Positions 9,835 through 20,063 of a DNA stretch of 64,000 bases are shown here, piece after piece. Numbering within the stretch: position 1 is the stretch's first letter; each line of letters starts with the position of its first letter. A program made the position numbers and the translations under genes. Under the pieces are notes generated by a model. It was not told the origin of the DNA. It was given only the letters and a program-made list of their open reading frames with translations, and ran no database searches. The stretch is from Deltaproteobacteria bacterium (GTDB taxonomy: Bacteria; Myxococcota_A; Polyangia; Polyangiales; Houyiibacteriaceae), in the NCBI GenBank assembly GCA_034670305.1, contig JAXMNT010000014.1, positions 32,001 through 96,000 on the forward strand. Reading direction: 5' to 3'.

Positions 9835-10509
9835 TCAGAACGTGGTGAGTGCCCTCGTCCGGGCGGCCTTCACCGCCCAGCGCCCGAGCAGCTCCGCGGG
9901 GACCAGGCCGGCCGGCAGGAGCATGACCATGGACTTCCACGTACCGGTGACGAGGACGAAGTACGCGACGGCGCCAACCGCCAGCACCGCGAAGAAGGCG
10001 CCCTTGAAGCCGGCTTCGCCCAACGCCGACTTGCCGATGCTGGCCGGTGTGGCGACGGATCCCCATGCGCTGAGCCGGCCCATGAGTTCGTCGAAACCCT
10101 CCGTGATCCTCGGCACGATGATCTGCGTACCGCGGCCGTACGCGGCGAACGCGCTGCGGTTCTGCATCATCGTGCGCACGTGCCGTTGGTCGAGGCTCGC
10201 GTGTTTCCGCCCGCCGACGAACCTGGTCAGCAGCTGCCCTTCGAGCGTGAAGTGTTCGGAGGCGGGGTGCTTGAGTTCCCGAAGCGCACGCCAGGTGCTG
10301 TAGCCGGAGGCGAGCGCGGTCACGCCGCAGACGACGACGAGCAAGACCAGCTCCTGGCGCCAGCTGATCAACGAGGCGGCGAGCAGGGGCGTGCTCGCGC
10401 CGAACGTGCGCACGCTCGACATCATCGCCGCGGCGCGGTGCGCGACCAGCGGCTCTCCTTCGGCGCGGTACATGGGCGCCAGTGTGGGTCGTGGAGTGTT
10501 CGACGTCAC
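9835..10509 (-). CDS. hypothetical membrane protein
   Basis: ~4 hydrophobic segments; start GTG 10509 or ATG 10473. Confidence 0.6.
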   Translation of the reverse strand: MTSNTPRPTLAPMYRAEGEPLVAHRAAAMMSSVRTFGASTPLLAASLISWRQELVLLVVVCGVTALASGYSTWRALRELKHPASEHFTLEGQLLTRFVGGRKHASLDQRHVRTMMQNRSAFAAYGRGTQIIVPRITEGFDELMGRLSAWGSVATPASIGKSALGEAGFKGAFFAVLAVGAVAYFVLVTGTWKSMVMLLPAGLVPAELLGRWAVKAARTRALTTF

Positions 10510-10514
10510 CCCGC

Positions 10515-10541
10515 GGGCATCGCGCCTTTGGCGCTGGCAAG
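10515..10541 (-). repeat. inverted copy of the 27-bp REP-like unit CTTGCCAGCGCCAAAGGCGCGATGCCC
   Basis: gggcatcgcgcctttggcgctggcaag is the exact reverse complement of the core of the 9461/9677 units. Confidence 0.9.
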
Positions 10542-10607
10542 TCTTCTCGAACCCGCTTCTCGAACCCGTGCTTCTCGATCGCGGCCTCGTGTCGTAGCCT
10601 CTCGCCG

Positions 10608-11933
10608 ATGGGCAAACCTGTTTGGACGCTGCCGGACGACCGGCTCGAAGCGAAGCTCGGCGAGAAGAAGCCGCTCTACACGAAACACGAGGCCTTCACG
10701 GAAGCCAGCCGGTGCATCTACTGCTCCGACGCGCCGTGTGTGCAGGCGTGCCCGACCGGCATCGACATCCCGGAGTTCATCCGGAAGATCGCCACGGACA
10801 ACGTGAAGGGCTCCGCCCGCACCATCCTGGCCGACAACCTCCTCGGCTACTCCTGCGCCCGCGTCTGCCCGGTCGAAGTGCTGTGCGCCGGCGCCTGCGT
10901 CTACAACGACTGGGAGCGCCCGCCGATCGCCATCGGCCGCCTGCAGCGCTACGCGACCGAGAACGCGCTCTCCAAAGATCCGGATCTCATCGCCCGCACC
11001 CGCGCGGCAGCGACCGGCAAACGCATCGCGTGCATCGGCGGCGGCCCCGCGTCCTTGGCCGCGGCCGGCCACCTCGCGCTCGACGGACACTCGGTCGTGA
11101 TCTTCGAACAGAAGAAGGTCCCCGGCGGCCTCAACACCCTCGGCATCGCGCCCTACAAACTCCAGGGCACCGACGCGCTCCGCGAGATCGACTTCATCCT
11201 CAACCTCGGCGACATCGAGCTCCGCACCGGCGTGACGGTGGTCAGCGGCGAAGCCGGCGAAGGCCAAGTCTCGACCGCCTCGCTCCTCGCCGACTTCGAC
11301 GCCGTGTTCATCGGCATCGGCCTCGGCCCCGACAACCAGCTCGGCGTGCCCGGCGAAGACGGCGAAGGCGTCGTCGGCGCCGTCCACTACATCGAGCGCA
11401 TCAAGAGTGACGCCTCCTTGTCGCTGGACGACATCGAGACCGCCATCATCGTCGGCGCCGGCAACACCGCCATCGACGTCGCCCGAGAGCTCGCCCTGCT
11501 CGGCGTGAAGAACGTCTCGATGGTCTACCGCAAGAGCGAGAAAGAGATGTCCGGCTACGTCCACGAGATGTACGGAGCCCGCACCGAAGACGTCCGCCTC
11601 GTCGAGTACCGCCAGCCGGTGGCTGTGGAACGCGACGGGTCAGGCAAAGTCACCGGCCTGCGGGTGTCGAAGACCAACGGCGAAGGCGAAGAAGTTTTGG
11701 CCTGCGATCTGATCGCGATCGCGATCGGGCAGGCGCGACTGACCAAGCTGGCCGAGGCGTTCGAGGGCGTGAAGCTCGACGCCAAGGGCCGTGTGGTCGT
11801 GGACCCCGCGACGAGCCGCACCGGGCACGCGAAGGTGTACGCGGGCGGCGACTGCGTGAACGGCGGGGCCGAAGTGGTGAACGCCGCGCAGCACGGCAAG
11901 CTGGCGGCGCGGGCGATCAGCTCTTCGTTCTGA
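10608..11933 (+). CDS. preT: dihydropyrimidine dehydrogenase, GltD-like flavoprotein/Fe-S subunit
   Basis: EASRCIYCSDAPCVQACP, SCARVCP...CAGAC, IGGGPAS, IVGAGNTAID, YAGGDC; TAGCCT 7 nt before ATG. Confidence 0.88.
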   Translation: MGKPVWTLPDDRLEAKLGEKKPLYTKHEAFTEASRCIYCSDAPCVQACPTGIDIPEFIRKIATDNVKGSARTILADNLLGYSCARVCPVEVLCAGACVYNDWERPPIAIGRLQRYATENALSKDPDLIARTRAAATGKRIACIGGGPASLAAAGHLALDGHSVVIFEQKKVPGGLNTLGIAPYKLQGTDALREIDFILNLGDIELRTGVTVVSGEAGEGQVSTASLLADFDAVFIGIGLGPDNQLGVPGEDGEGVVGAVHYIERIKSDASLSLDDIETAIIVGAGNTAIDVARELALLGVKNVSMVYRKSEKEMSGYVHEMYGARTEDVRLVEYRQPVAVERDGSGKVTGLRVSKTNGEGEEVLACDLIAIAIGQARLTKLAEAFEGVKLDAKGRVVVDPATSRTGHAKVYAGGDCVNGGAEVVNAAQHGKLAARAISSSF

Positions 11934-11980
11934 GCGATCCCTGAACCCCGTGCTCCTGGCCGGGGTGAAGCCAGTCGTGA

Positions 11981-12193
11981 TTGGCAACAAGCACGCGTCG
12001 CGAACTCGGAGGAACGGTAGAGCTTGGGTCGTCCGGTCCAGTTCAGATCGTCTGTCCAGACCGAGACGAACGTCTGAAGGCCGGCGCCGGACTGGCGCCT
12101 GCACATGCTGCAGTAGCAATGCGTGACGTCCGTGATCTCGCCATCGAGGGTGAACGTGATGTCGTCGCAAAGGCATCCACCGTGCAGGACCAT
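11981..12193 (-). pseudogene. truncated GFA/CENP-V family (Zn-binding) gene fragment
   Basis: MVLHGGCLCDDITF...HCYCSMCRRQSG...YRSSEFATRAC, then similarity is lost before the expected CxxCG and the frame runs antisense into preT. Confidence 0.65.
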
Positions 12194-12987
12194 GACGAGA
12201 GAATGACGCACCCCAGACGGTGCCGCGACCGTTCGAGTTGGATGGAACCCGTGTGATCTCCGACAGGCGAATCATCGTACGTGTGCTGGCGCACGAGAAC
12301 TCCGACAGGTGGATCGCTGCTGACGCATCCATGTGGGTGGTCACTTCGTCGCGTGTGCGCCCTTTTCACCGATGTGGGACCGCCCACGATCTCAGCGGCC
12401 TGCCGTGGTCGGCCCGCGGCGCCTGTCCTCTGGGTGCGATGGAGACGGAACCCCCTCGGCTTTGTTCACGCCGGTTGCCCCTTCAGGAACCCGAGAACGG
12501 CGCTTCCGAGCGTCTTGGGGTCGGCGCGGAGCGGGATGCGGATGGTGTCGCCCGGTTGCTCGCAGCCGCGGTGTGGTGAGAGCGCCGTGCGGACGAGCCG
12601 GCGACTCTTCGTTCCAGGGCGATGGACAAGCTCGGCGATCGCGAACTGGGCGTGGGCGGCGGCAGGGCCGCGCAACAGCGCGGGGAACGAATCAAGGCAC
12701 GGCGGAACCGACACCGAGTTCTCACGTCCGGCGCGTGCATCTGCGGCGACCTGCGCGACGTCGTGTCCGAGGGCGAACGCGAGGTGCTGCTCGAGCGCGT
12801 GTCCAAGGGTCCCGGCGTCGTCGCTGTCGAGCGCGCTGCCGCAGACGCAGGCCGCGCGTCCGGCGGCGAAGACGACATGAGCCAGCAGGACGACACGAGA
12901 ATCGCTGCGCCGCCAATGCACGCGCACGTACACGTCATGCTTCTTCACATGACGAGCATAGCTGAGCACCCGTGCTTCTCTGCGAAG

Positions 12988-13432
12988 GAACTCCTCCACA
13001 CGCACCTGAACTCCCCTGAACTCTCGAAGTTGAACGGAACAAGCCAGGAGTCCGCGAGGACCGACCACCAAGCAGGAGAGCCCCGCCCACGAGAACTCCA
13101 ACAGGCGGATGGTCCTGTGCTGGAGGCGGCTGAAACGGCGCATGCGTGATCACTCCTGCGGTCTCCGCGTCTTGGGAACGCGCCTCCTCTCGCGCGTCCA
13201 TCGCGGCGCAAGGAGTTCGGGGGAGTGTGGGGGAGGAACACAGAGAGTCGGAGAGCGACCGAGGATCACTTGCGCCCACCGAGTTCGAGCGGCTCCACGT
13301 CGCTGCCGGTGAACGAGACGACGCCGGTCTCTGCGACGGAACTCCCCCACACTCATCGGAACTCTTCTGAACTCTCCCAAAACTGAACGGGCGCCGACGG
13401 GTGACGAAGCAACCGCAGGCGAGACCACGCCC
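12988..13432. repeat. degenerate ~95-100 bp direct repeat with a partial inverted copy between
   Basis: gaactcctccacacgcacctgaactcccctgaactctcgaagttgaacgg (12988) vs gaactcccccacactcatcggaactcttctgaactctcccaaaactgaacgg (13339); ggagttcggggagtgtgggggagga at ~13212-13236. Confidence 0.6.
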
Positions 13433-13503
13433 AAGGCTACGGCACAGAAGCCTTCGGCGGGCTTACATGAACACCCTCATCGACACCGCCAACTGTCGGC
13501 GCT

Positions 13504-16500
13504 CTAGCGGCAGCTGATGACGATGGATCCGACCGCGCTGCCTGTGGTCGCGCAGGTTCCTGTGCCTGAGGACCAACGACAGTTGAAGAGGTTCCGCAGC
13601 CGGCCACAGAAGATGTGGTCGAGGTGGGGGTACTCGGGACGGACCGACGTGTCGCAGACGGCTTCGTCCGTGATTTGGCTGCACGGCGGCGGCTCGGTGT
13701 CGATGCGACCGTCGCAGCTGTAGTCCCAGTACGCAGGGTCGCCGACGCAGGTGCCGCCGATCATGCAACCGGTGCCGCCGCTGCCCACGGTGCACGCCAT
13801 CGATCCGGCTGGGCATGCGGGCGCGGTGAAGAGACCGGCCTGGGCAGGGTGCACACTCGAGTCCGCGTCCGCGCAGTCCGGCAGGGTCGTGGCGGGGTTG
13901 AAGTTGCTCTGGTTGGACCCGCAGTTGACGACGCAGAACTGCGACGGCATCGCGCCGGCGGGCGCGTACCCGTCGTTGTCCGCGTCCGGCCAGCAGTCGC
14001 GCCGCGTCACGACCGCGTCGTTGCCGTCGTCGCAGTCCGCGACGCCCCCAGGCGGGATCGCGGTGTAACAGAAGCCGTCGGCCGCCGGACATCCGCAGTC
14101 TTCTACGCAGAAACGGACTTCCGACGCGGCGGTCGCGGCGAAGCCGTCTTCGTCGTCGTCCCGCCAGCAAGACTTGAGGAAGACCACGTCGGTGTTGCCG
14201 TCGTCGCAGTCGATGCGGCCTTCGCTCACCGGCGCCGTCGGCGTCATGCCGCTTGGGCACATGCCCATCTCCGGACACACGTCCATCGGCGCAACCGGGA
14301 ACGCCGCGAACCCGTCCATGTCCGCGTCCACGTAGCAGGTCAGCGCGACGCCCTCGTCGGTGAACCCATCGCAGTCTTGGTCCTCGCTGTCGCAGGTCTC
14401 GCTCGCGCTCGGATGAATGGTCGCGTCGCCCGGTGCGCAATCGATCGAAGCGCCACTTGGCGCGGTCGCGGTGAACCCGGTTGGGCAGGTGCCCCCCACC
14501 GGACACAGCTCGCTGCGCCCAGCGCCCGTGGGCGCGAAGCCGTCGTCGTCCACGTCTGCGTAACACGTCAGGGTCGTGCCCTCGTCCACGCGCATGTCGC
14601 AGTCGTCGTCGTCCCCGTTGCAGGTCTCCCCCGCGACTGGGCTGATGGCCGGGTTGCCGTCGTCGCAGTCCAGTCCCGCGGCGGGCGGGCTGGCCGTGCG
14701 CGCGCCCGGGCAGCTGCCTGCGACCGGGCACATCGAGGTCGGCCCGACGCCGCTGGTGAAGGTGTCGCCGTCCGCGTCTTGCCAGCAATCGAGCCGCAAC
14801 CCCTCGTCGACGAGGCCATCGCAGTCGTTGTCGTCGTCGTCGCAGGTCTCGCCCGCGGTCGGGTTCACCGACGCAGCGCTGTCGTCGCAGTCGCCTCCCA
14901 TCGCCGGGCTGCGCGTGGTCTGGTTGGCCGGGCACGTGCCGGTCCCCGGATCGGGGCACGCAGTCGTCCCCGTCGCCGTGGTCGGCGCGAAGCCGTCGCC
15001 GTCGCCGTCCGGGTAGCAGGTCACCAGCGTGCCTTCATCCGTCGCGCCGTCGCAGTCGTCGTCCTGTCCGTTGCACGCTTCGCTCACCGCGGGTGAGGCG
15101 CCGACGTCGTCGTCGTCGCAGTCGATGCCGCCGGCCATCGGCGCCCGGTCCGTCGTCCCGCTCGGGCAACTGTCGCCCGGTCCAGGACAGAGCCCCATCG
15201 CCATCGCGCCGCTCGGTGGATACCCGTCTCCGTCGAGGTCCTCGTAGCAGCTCACCAGCCGGCCCTCGTCCACCGCGCCATCGCAATCGTCGTCGAGGCC
15301 GTTGCACAGTTCGATGGCGTCTGGGCGTCGGTCGTCGTCTGCGTCGTCGCAGTCGAGCTGGCGAATCCCCATCCCGTCGACCCCCACCGGCGCGCGGTCC
15401 GTCGTCCCGAGCGGGCATCCGCCGACCAAGGAGCGGGTGGGATCGGGGCAGCGCTGCAGCTCCGTGCTGCCCGTCACGGCGAAGGTGTCGTTGTCGAGAT
15501 CTTCGAAACAGCGGACCGTGAGCATCTCGTCCACCGTGCCATCGCAGTCGCTGTCGATGCCGTCGCAGGTCTCCGCGGCGGGTGCGATGGAACACGCGCC
15601 CCACCCGCCGTCGATGCAGTTCTGGGTGCCGCCCCCACAGGCGCCGCCGAGGCCTCCCTCCGCACACGTGCGGGACTCGCCTACCTCGCAGTTGCAGAGC
15701 GCGTCGGGGTTCGCTTCGTCGTCGCAGTCTTCGTCCAGCGGGGGAACCTCCGCGTCGCAGATCTCGACGCCGCCCGGTCGCACGTGGCCACGGGTGTCGT
15801 CGCAGTCGCTCGCGGACTCCGCGTACCCCTCGGGCGTGAAGCAGGCGTCGATGCTCTCGCCGTCTTCCGCGCCGAACCCATCGCCGTCCTCGTCGATGAC
15901 GAATGTGCGCGTGACCCCTTCGTCGACCGCGCCGTCGCAGTCGTTGTCGAAGCCGTCGCACGCTTCCGCTTCGCCGGGGTGCGCGCTCGGGAGCGTGTCG
16001 TCGCAGTCGGGGCCACAGGACGCACCGTTGCAGCAGCGCGCGTCCGCGAACCCGTCGCCGTCCGCATCGCGGAACCCGTACGTGCTTTCGTCGCAGTCCT
16101 CGTCGTGGCCCGCTTCGTCGCAGACCTCGAGGTTGCCGGGAAAACGTTCGGGGTCCGTGTCGTCGCAGTCGTCCCCGCCGCAGCCCCCATCGCCGTGGCC
16201 GTCGCCGTCCGCGTCGGGCGCATCCGAGACGCAACCGCCGCGGGCTTCGACGCAGCGGTCGAGACTGCACGCCATGCCATCGTCGCAGTCGGGCGCGACG
16301 CCCGGGGCGCAGACCTCCCGGGCGCAGACCTCCACGCCGTTGCAGACCAGCCCGTCGTCGCACTCCAGGTCGCTCACGCAGCCCGCAGCGCCCGCGTCGT
16401 CGCCCGCCGCGCCGTCCGGAGGCAGGCTGGTGTCGTCGTCACCGCACCCGAACGCGAAGACGCAAAGCAATGCCCCGAGGGCCGCGGAGAAACGTTGCCT

Positions 16501-16506
16501 GTTCAT
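13504..16506 (-). CDS. large Cys/Asp-rich surface lipoprotein with repeated putative metal-binding motifs (ExCDGxDxDCDGxVDEG)
   Basis: lipobox FAFGC; about 8 E-x-C-[DN]-x2-D-x-DCD repeats separated by D-x-DGDG-[FY] and DCDD motifs. Confidence 0.88.
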   Translation of the reverse strand: MNRQRFSAALGALLCVFAFGCGDDDTSLPPDGAAGDDAGAAGCVSDLECDDGLVCNGVEVCAREVCAPGVAPDCDDGMACSLDRCVEARGGCVSDAPDADGDGHGDGGCGGDDCDDTDPERFPGNLEVCDEAGHDEDCDESTYGFRDADGDGFADARCCNGASCGPDCDDTLPSAHPGEAEACDGFDNDCDGAVDEGVTRTFVIDEDGDGFGAEDGESIDACFTPEGYAESASDCDDTRGHVRPGGVEICDAEVPPLDEDCDDEANPDALCNCEVGESRTCAEGGLGGACGGGTQNCIDGGWGACSIAPAAETCDGIDSDCDGTVDEMLTVRCFEDLDNDTFAVTGSTELQRCPDPTRSLVGGCPLGTTDRAPVGVDGMGIRQLDCDDADDDRRPDAIELCNGLDDDCDGAVDEGRLVSCYEDLDGDGYPPSGAMAMGLCPGPGDSCPSGTTDRAPMAGGIDCDDDDVGASPAVSEACNGQDDDCDGATDEGTLVTCYPDGDGDGFAPTTATGTTACPDPGTGTCPANQTTRSPAMGGDCDDSAASVNPTAGETCDDDDNDCDGLVDEGLRLDCWQDADGDTFTSGVGPTSMCPVAGSCPGARTASPPAAGLDCDDGNPAISPVAGETCNGDDDDCDMRVDEGTTLTCYADVDDDGFAPTGAGRSELCPVGGTCPTGFTATAPSGASIDCAPGDATIHPSASETCDSEDQDCDGFTDEGVALTCYVDADMDGFAAFPVAPMDVCPEMGMCPSGMTPTAPVSEGRIDCDDGNTDVVFLKSCWRDDDEDGFAATAASEVRFCVEDCGCPAADGFCYTAIPPGGVADCDDGNDAVVTRRDCWPDADNDGYAPAGAMPSQFCVVNCGSNQSNFNPATTLPDCADADSSVHPAQAGLFTAPACPAGSMACTVGSGGTGCMIGGTCVGDPAYWDYSCDGRIDTEPPPCSQITDEAVCDTSVRPEYPHLDHIFCGRLRNLFNCRWSSGTGTCATTGSAVGSIVISCR

Positions 16507-16745
16507 TCGTCCATGCTCCCGGCGCAGCCGCCATCGACTTCGTTGCCCGCTCGTTCGTCCGCGGTCGCAGCGTACGAGAGCATCACGAACGCGAGGAGTG
16601 CCCTCCGCGTTCGAGCCGCGTTCCCCCTACGAGTTTCCCCCGACCCCACCGCGGCTGAGTGTAGCGCGGCTGGACGAGGCTCGCATCGATCGACGGCGAC
16701 GCAGAGGTTTGCGCGAACGAGCCGCCCTCGTCGCGCTTGCGCCCC

Positions 16746-17933
16746 CTACCGGCCGCGGCGCCGGGTGCGGCGTTGTGCCTGGCGGCCGGCTCGGGTCGAG
16801 GGGAGGTGGACGCGCATGAAGTCTTCGGCGCCGGCGGTGTTCGTTCGGTAGCCGAACAACGTGTCGCCGACCGCGTGCAGGTAGCAGTACTGCTGACGGT
16901 CTTGAAGCAAGGTCTGACGATCCCCGGTGCTCAGCTCGACTCGAATGATCGCCGGCGTCGCTCGGCGCTGCTGGATGTGTTCGAAGAGCAGCACTCGGTT
17001 GTCGTCTTCGAACGAGGCGCCCCGGAACCTGATCGATCCGCCTGGCTCGGGCAGGCGGGTGACGACTTGTTCTGCGCCGGTCTCGAAATCGTGCATGACG
17101 AGGTTCCAGTCGCGGTTGAAGATCACCCGGTTGCCCGAGGAGGAGAAGGGCCGCGCGTTGTTGGGCCCGTGGATGTGGCTGTTGCCGAGGCGCACCACGT
17201 TGCCCGTCGCGAGGTCGAGGCACTCGAGCTCCGACGCGCCCCGGTAACACATGCGTTGCCCGCGGTCGTCGAGGAAGGGCAGCGACTGAGGCCGGACGCC
17301 GAGGCTTCGCCGAACGAGCGTGGGCTGGGTGAGGTCGACGGCGTGCACGAGTTTGTCGCGCGTGTCGGTCGAGTAGGCGCGCTGCTCCAACGAGTGGTCC
17401 GCGAGGAGCACACGTCGCGCGCCGGCGGCGGGGACGAACGCGACGAACCCCATGTCGCCGAGTTGCACCGGCGCTTGCCCTTCGCGGGCCAGGTGGGGCC
17501 CCGGGTCGTAGCCGCGCCAGATCACTTTGCCTTCGTGGTCGTACGCTAAGTCGCAGATGCCGCTCGCGTCGCGGCCTTGGGAGACGTGCACGACGCGCAC
17601 GTTGCCGCTCGCCGTGTCGTACGCCCCGATGCCGCCGGCGTAGCTGAACGCAACCTTCTGTCCGTCGCTCGACCACCCGATGGCTGCGCACCGGACGGCA
17701 CCAAGTTCAGGTGTGGCGACGCGGGTCCGCTGCTGCGCTCGGACGTCGTAGACCTCGAGGCCCTCACTGCCCCAGTAGGCGAAGCGGTGGCCGTCGGGCG
17801 AAGCTGCGCCGCCGAGCCCCTGCCCACGTCGCAGGATCTCGACGCCCGGTTGCGGCCGCAGTCTCTGCGCCTCGGCGCCCGACGACTGCGACAACATGCA
17901 GAGCGCGAGCCCCGCGAGACACCAGGACTTCAC
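16746..17933 (-). CDS. secreted beta-propeller (TolB/PD40-like) protein
   Basis: signal peptide VKSWCLAGLALCMLSQSSGAEA; ASPDGHRFAY, WSSDGQKVAF, FSSSGNRVIF blades; GTG overlaps upstream stop. Confidence 0.7.
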   Translation of the reverse strand: MKSWCLAGLALCMLSQSSGAEAQRLRPQPGVEILRRGQGLGGAASPDGHRFAYWGSEGLEVYDVRAQQRTRVATPELGAVRCAAIGWSSDGQKVAFSYAGGIGAYDTASGNVRVVHVSQGRDASGICDLAYDHEGKVIWRGYDPGPHLAREGQAPVQLGDMGFVAFVPAAGARRVLLADHSLEQRAYSTDTRDKLVHAVDLTQPTLVRRSLGVRPQSLPFLDDRGQRMCYRGASELECLDLATGNVVRLGNSHIHGPNNARPFSSSGNRVIFNRDWNLVMHDFETGAEQVVTRLPEPGGSIRFRGASFEDDNRVLLFEHIQQRRATPAIIRVELSTGDRQTLLQDRQQYCYLHAVGDTLFGYRTNTAGAEDFMRVHLPSTRAGRQAQRRTRRRGR

Positions 17934-18841
17934 GAGGGCTCGAATGCGATGGGCGTCGTGATCCCGCGCACGCCAGGTCGAAACGGGGTGCCGGCCACCA
18001 CCCGTTCGGCGCACCGGAGGGCGCCCGGAGACACGTTCTGTCCGGAACGGGCGGTGACGACGGACTCGAGCACGCGGCCATTGGCGCCGATGCGCGCACG
18101 GACGGTGATGCGGGTGCGCACGGTGGGGTCGATGCAGCGGCGAAGGTCCGCTTGGGCGGCGCTCAGCACTTCGCGGTCGGTCAAGGTCGTCGGAGGAGCG
18201 GCTTGCCGAGGAGGATTCCGGCGGGCCGGCTGGGCGACGGCAGCCCGGGGAGGCGCTGGTTCTCGAACCCGAGTGGTCCGGACGGTGGCGCGGGGCGCTT
18301 CTCGTTGGGACTGAACCTGGACCCTCGCTGGCGTCGTCATCACCGAGACGGCAACGTCTGCCCGGACCTGCACGTTGGCGCCCGGACGACAGCCACGTCG
18401 GGTGAAGACTTGTTCGGGCGCGGTGTGCCAGCGACTCCCTTGCACGGGGCGGGTCCGCAAAGCGCAGCTCGTTGCGGTCTCTCCGACGGCGTAGACGGCC
18501 AGCTGCCGATGACGCCGCGCACCATCGGGGCGCAGCATGAGGTATCCGTCGCCGGATCGATCGCCGGCCATCCACCAGGTGCCGTTCTCCACCTGCCGAC
18601 CGTCTCTGAGCCTCGCGCGGTAGCGGAAGTACTCGGTGTTCGCTGTGTTCGCTGTCCCACCCGCCGCACGTCCAGGCTCGGCCGTGAGTTCCAGGCTGAG
18701 CAACCGCGACTCGCCGGGGGCGTTTCTGGTCTCCGAGATGTCGTATTCGCCGACGAGGTCTGAAGGAGAGGCTTGAGCCGCGGCCAGCGACCCCACGTGG
18801 AGACCGCAGAGAACGCAACTGAGAGCAACGAGACGGAACAT
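17930..18841 (-). CDS. secreted protein with Pro/Arg-rich linker and TonB-C/AgmX-like C-terminal domain
   Basis: signal peptide; C-terminal LRRCI...ITVRARIGANGRV...ALRCAERVV...F. Confidence 0.6.
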   Translation of the reverse strand: MFRLVALSCVLCGLHVGSLAAAQASPSDLVGEYDISETRNAPGESRLLSLELTAEPGRAAGGTANTANTEYFRYRARLRDGRQVENGTWWMAGDRSGDGYLMLRPDGARRHRQLAVYAVGETATSCALRTRPVQGSRWHTAPEQVFTRRGCRPGANVQVRADVAVSVMTTPARVQVQSQREAPRATVRTTRVREPAPPRAAVAQPARRNPPRQAAPPTTLTDREVLSAAQADLRRCIDPTVRTRITVRARIGANGRVLESVVTARSGQNVSPGALRCAERVVAGTPFRPGVRGITTPIAFEPS

Positions 18842-19043
18842 GGTGACCTCCAGAAACTGGTCGAGGGGAAGCTGACGCCCCTCCCGGTCCCGTATTCATT
18901 GCTCCCAGTGCGATGGAACACAGACGGGGCATTTCCACCTCGCCGAACTGCCACGACGCCGCAACCTCGCCTCCAGTTGCCCGACCTTCACGGTTTGTTA
19001 TGAGCAGTGGCGCTTGAGTTGATGGGGATGGTTGGGGGGAACG

Positions 19044-19982
19044 ATGCGGGGCAGTCTGGGGTCGAGGTTCGTGGTGGTGTTCGCCGCCATGCAGAGTGCG
19101 ACGGTGTTCGCGCAGGTGGGCGTCGACGCGTCTGCGCAGGCCGATGGCGCTGCGCAGGCCGATGGTTCCGCGCAGGTTCAGGTCGACGTCAACGTCGATG
19201 GGCAGGTGCCCGTTGTCGAGCACCCGTCCGCCGCAGCGGACGCGTGCGTGCCTTCGTGCCGTTCCGGCTACGTCTGCCTTCGAGGCGCGTGCGTCAGCGC
19301 GTGCAACCCGGTCTGTGGTGCGAACGAACAGTGCACCGCCACTGGTGAGTGCATCCCGACCGCGCCGACCAGCGTGCAGGTGCAGCCGGTCTACAACGTG
19401 CGTCCTCCACCCGACCCGCAGGCCGCCTTCGAACGCGATGTCTTGCGAGAGCGGCGCCATCGGCTTCGCCTTGGCATCTTCGTCGATCTCGGTGCGGCGT
19501 TCTTCGAGGCGCCCGGCGGCAGTTTCGGCTCTCTGGACACCGTTGGCCCGCTTGGAGAGTTTGGCTTCGAGCTCCGGAAGAACTTCGCCTACCGGGTCGG
19601 CGTTCGCTTTCGCACCGGCGTAGCGGTCTCAGGCGGCCAGGACGAGTCGGAAGACACGGGCCTCTGGCTGCTGCGCATCTTCGCGAGCCCCAGCTTTCGC
19701 ATCGGGCCGTTTGCCCAAGGGTTCCCGTTCTACATCGACCTCGGCGCGCACATCGGCGTGCGCATGGTCGGATCGTCGGCAGCGGAAGATGGACCCGTTG
19801 GCGAAGGCGGCGGCTCGTCGTCGTCGGTCGACGCCCAGTTCTCTGCGGGACCCGAGACGGGTCTGGGGTTCGTCTTCGGCGAAGAACGTTTCGACATCGC
19901 CCTGCGCGGCAACAGCGGCTTCGGCGGCGACGAGTTCCAGTTCTGGTCGGCGAAGCTCTCATTCGGCATGTCGTTCCGCTGA
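19044..19982 (+). CDS. secreted Cys-rich / outer-membrane beta-barrel-like protein
   Basis: CVPSCRSGYVCLRGACVSACNPVC module, alternating beta-strands, ends ...SFGMSFR. Confidence 0.7.
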   Translation: MRGSLGSRFVVVFAAMQSATVFAQVGVDASAQADGAAQADGSAQVQVDVNVDGQVPVVEHPSAAADACVPSCRSGYVCLRGACVSACNPVCGANEQCTATGECIPTAPTSVQVQPVYNVRPPPDPQAAFERDVLRERRHRLRLGIFVDLGAAFFEAPGGSFGSLDTVGPLGEFGFELRKNFAYRVGVRFRTGVAVSGGQDESEDTGLWLLRIFASPSFRIGPFAQGFPFYIDLGAHIGVRMVGSSAAEDGPVGEGGGSSSSVDAQFSAGPETGLGFVFGEERFDIALRGNSGFGGDEFQFWSAKLSFGMSFR

Positions 19983-20063
19983 CTTGGCTCCCACGCCCTG
20001 GCGTCTCGACACAGTGATCTGACGGTTCAGTTTCGACGGCGCACGCGGTAGGCTCGCCGCTTC

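Noticed and set aside
12220-13149. Protein-coding genes in the 12.2-13.1 kb gap
   Set aside because: Several overlapping ORFs but no recognisable motif. A short stretch near 12730-12880 looks codon-biased, but its strand and frame cannot be resolved.
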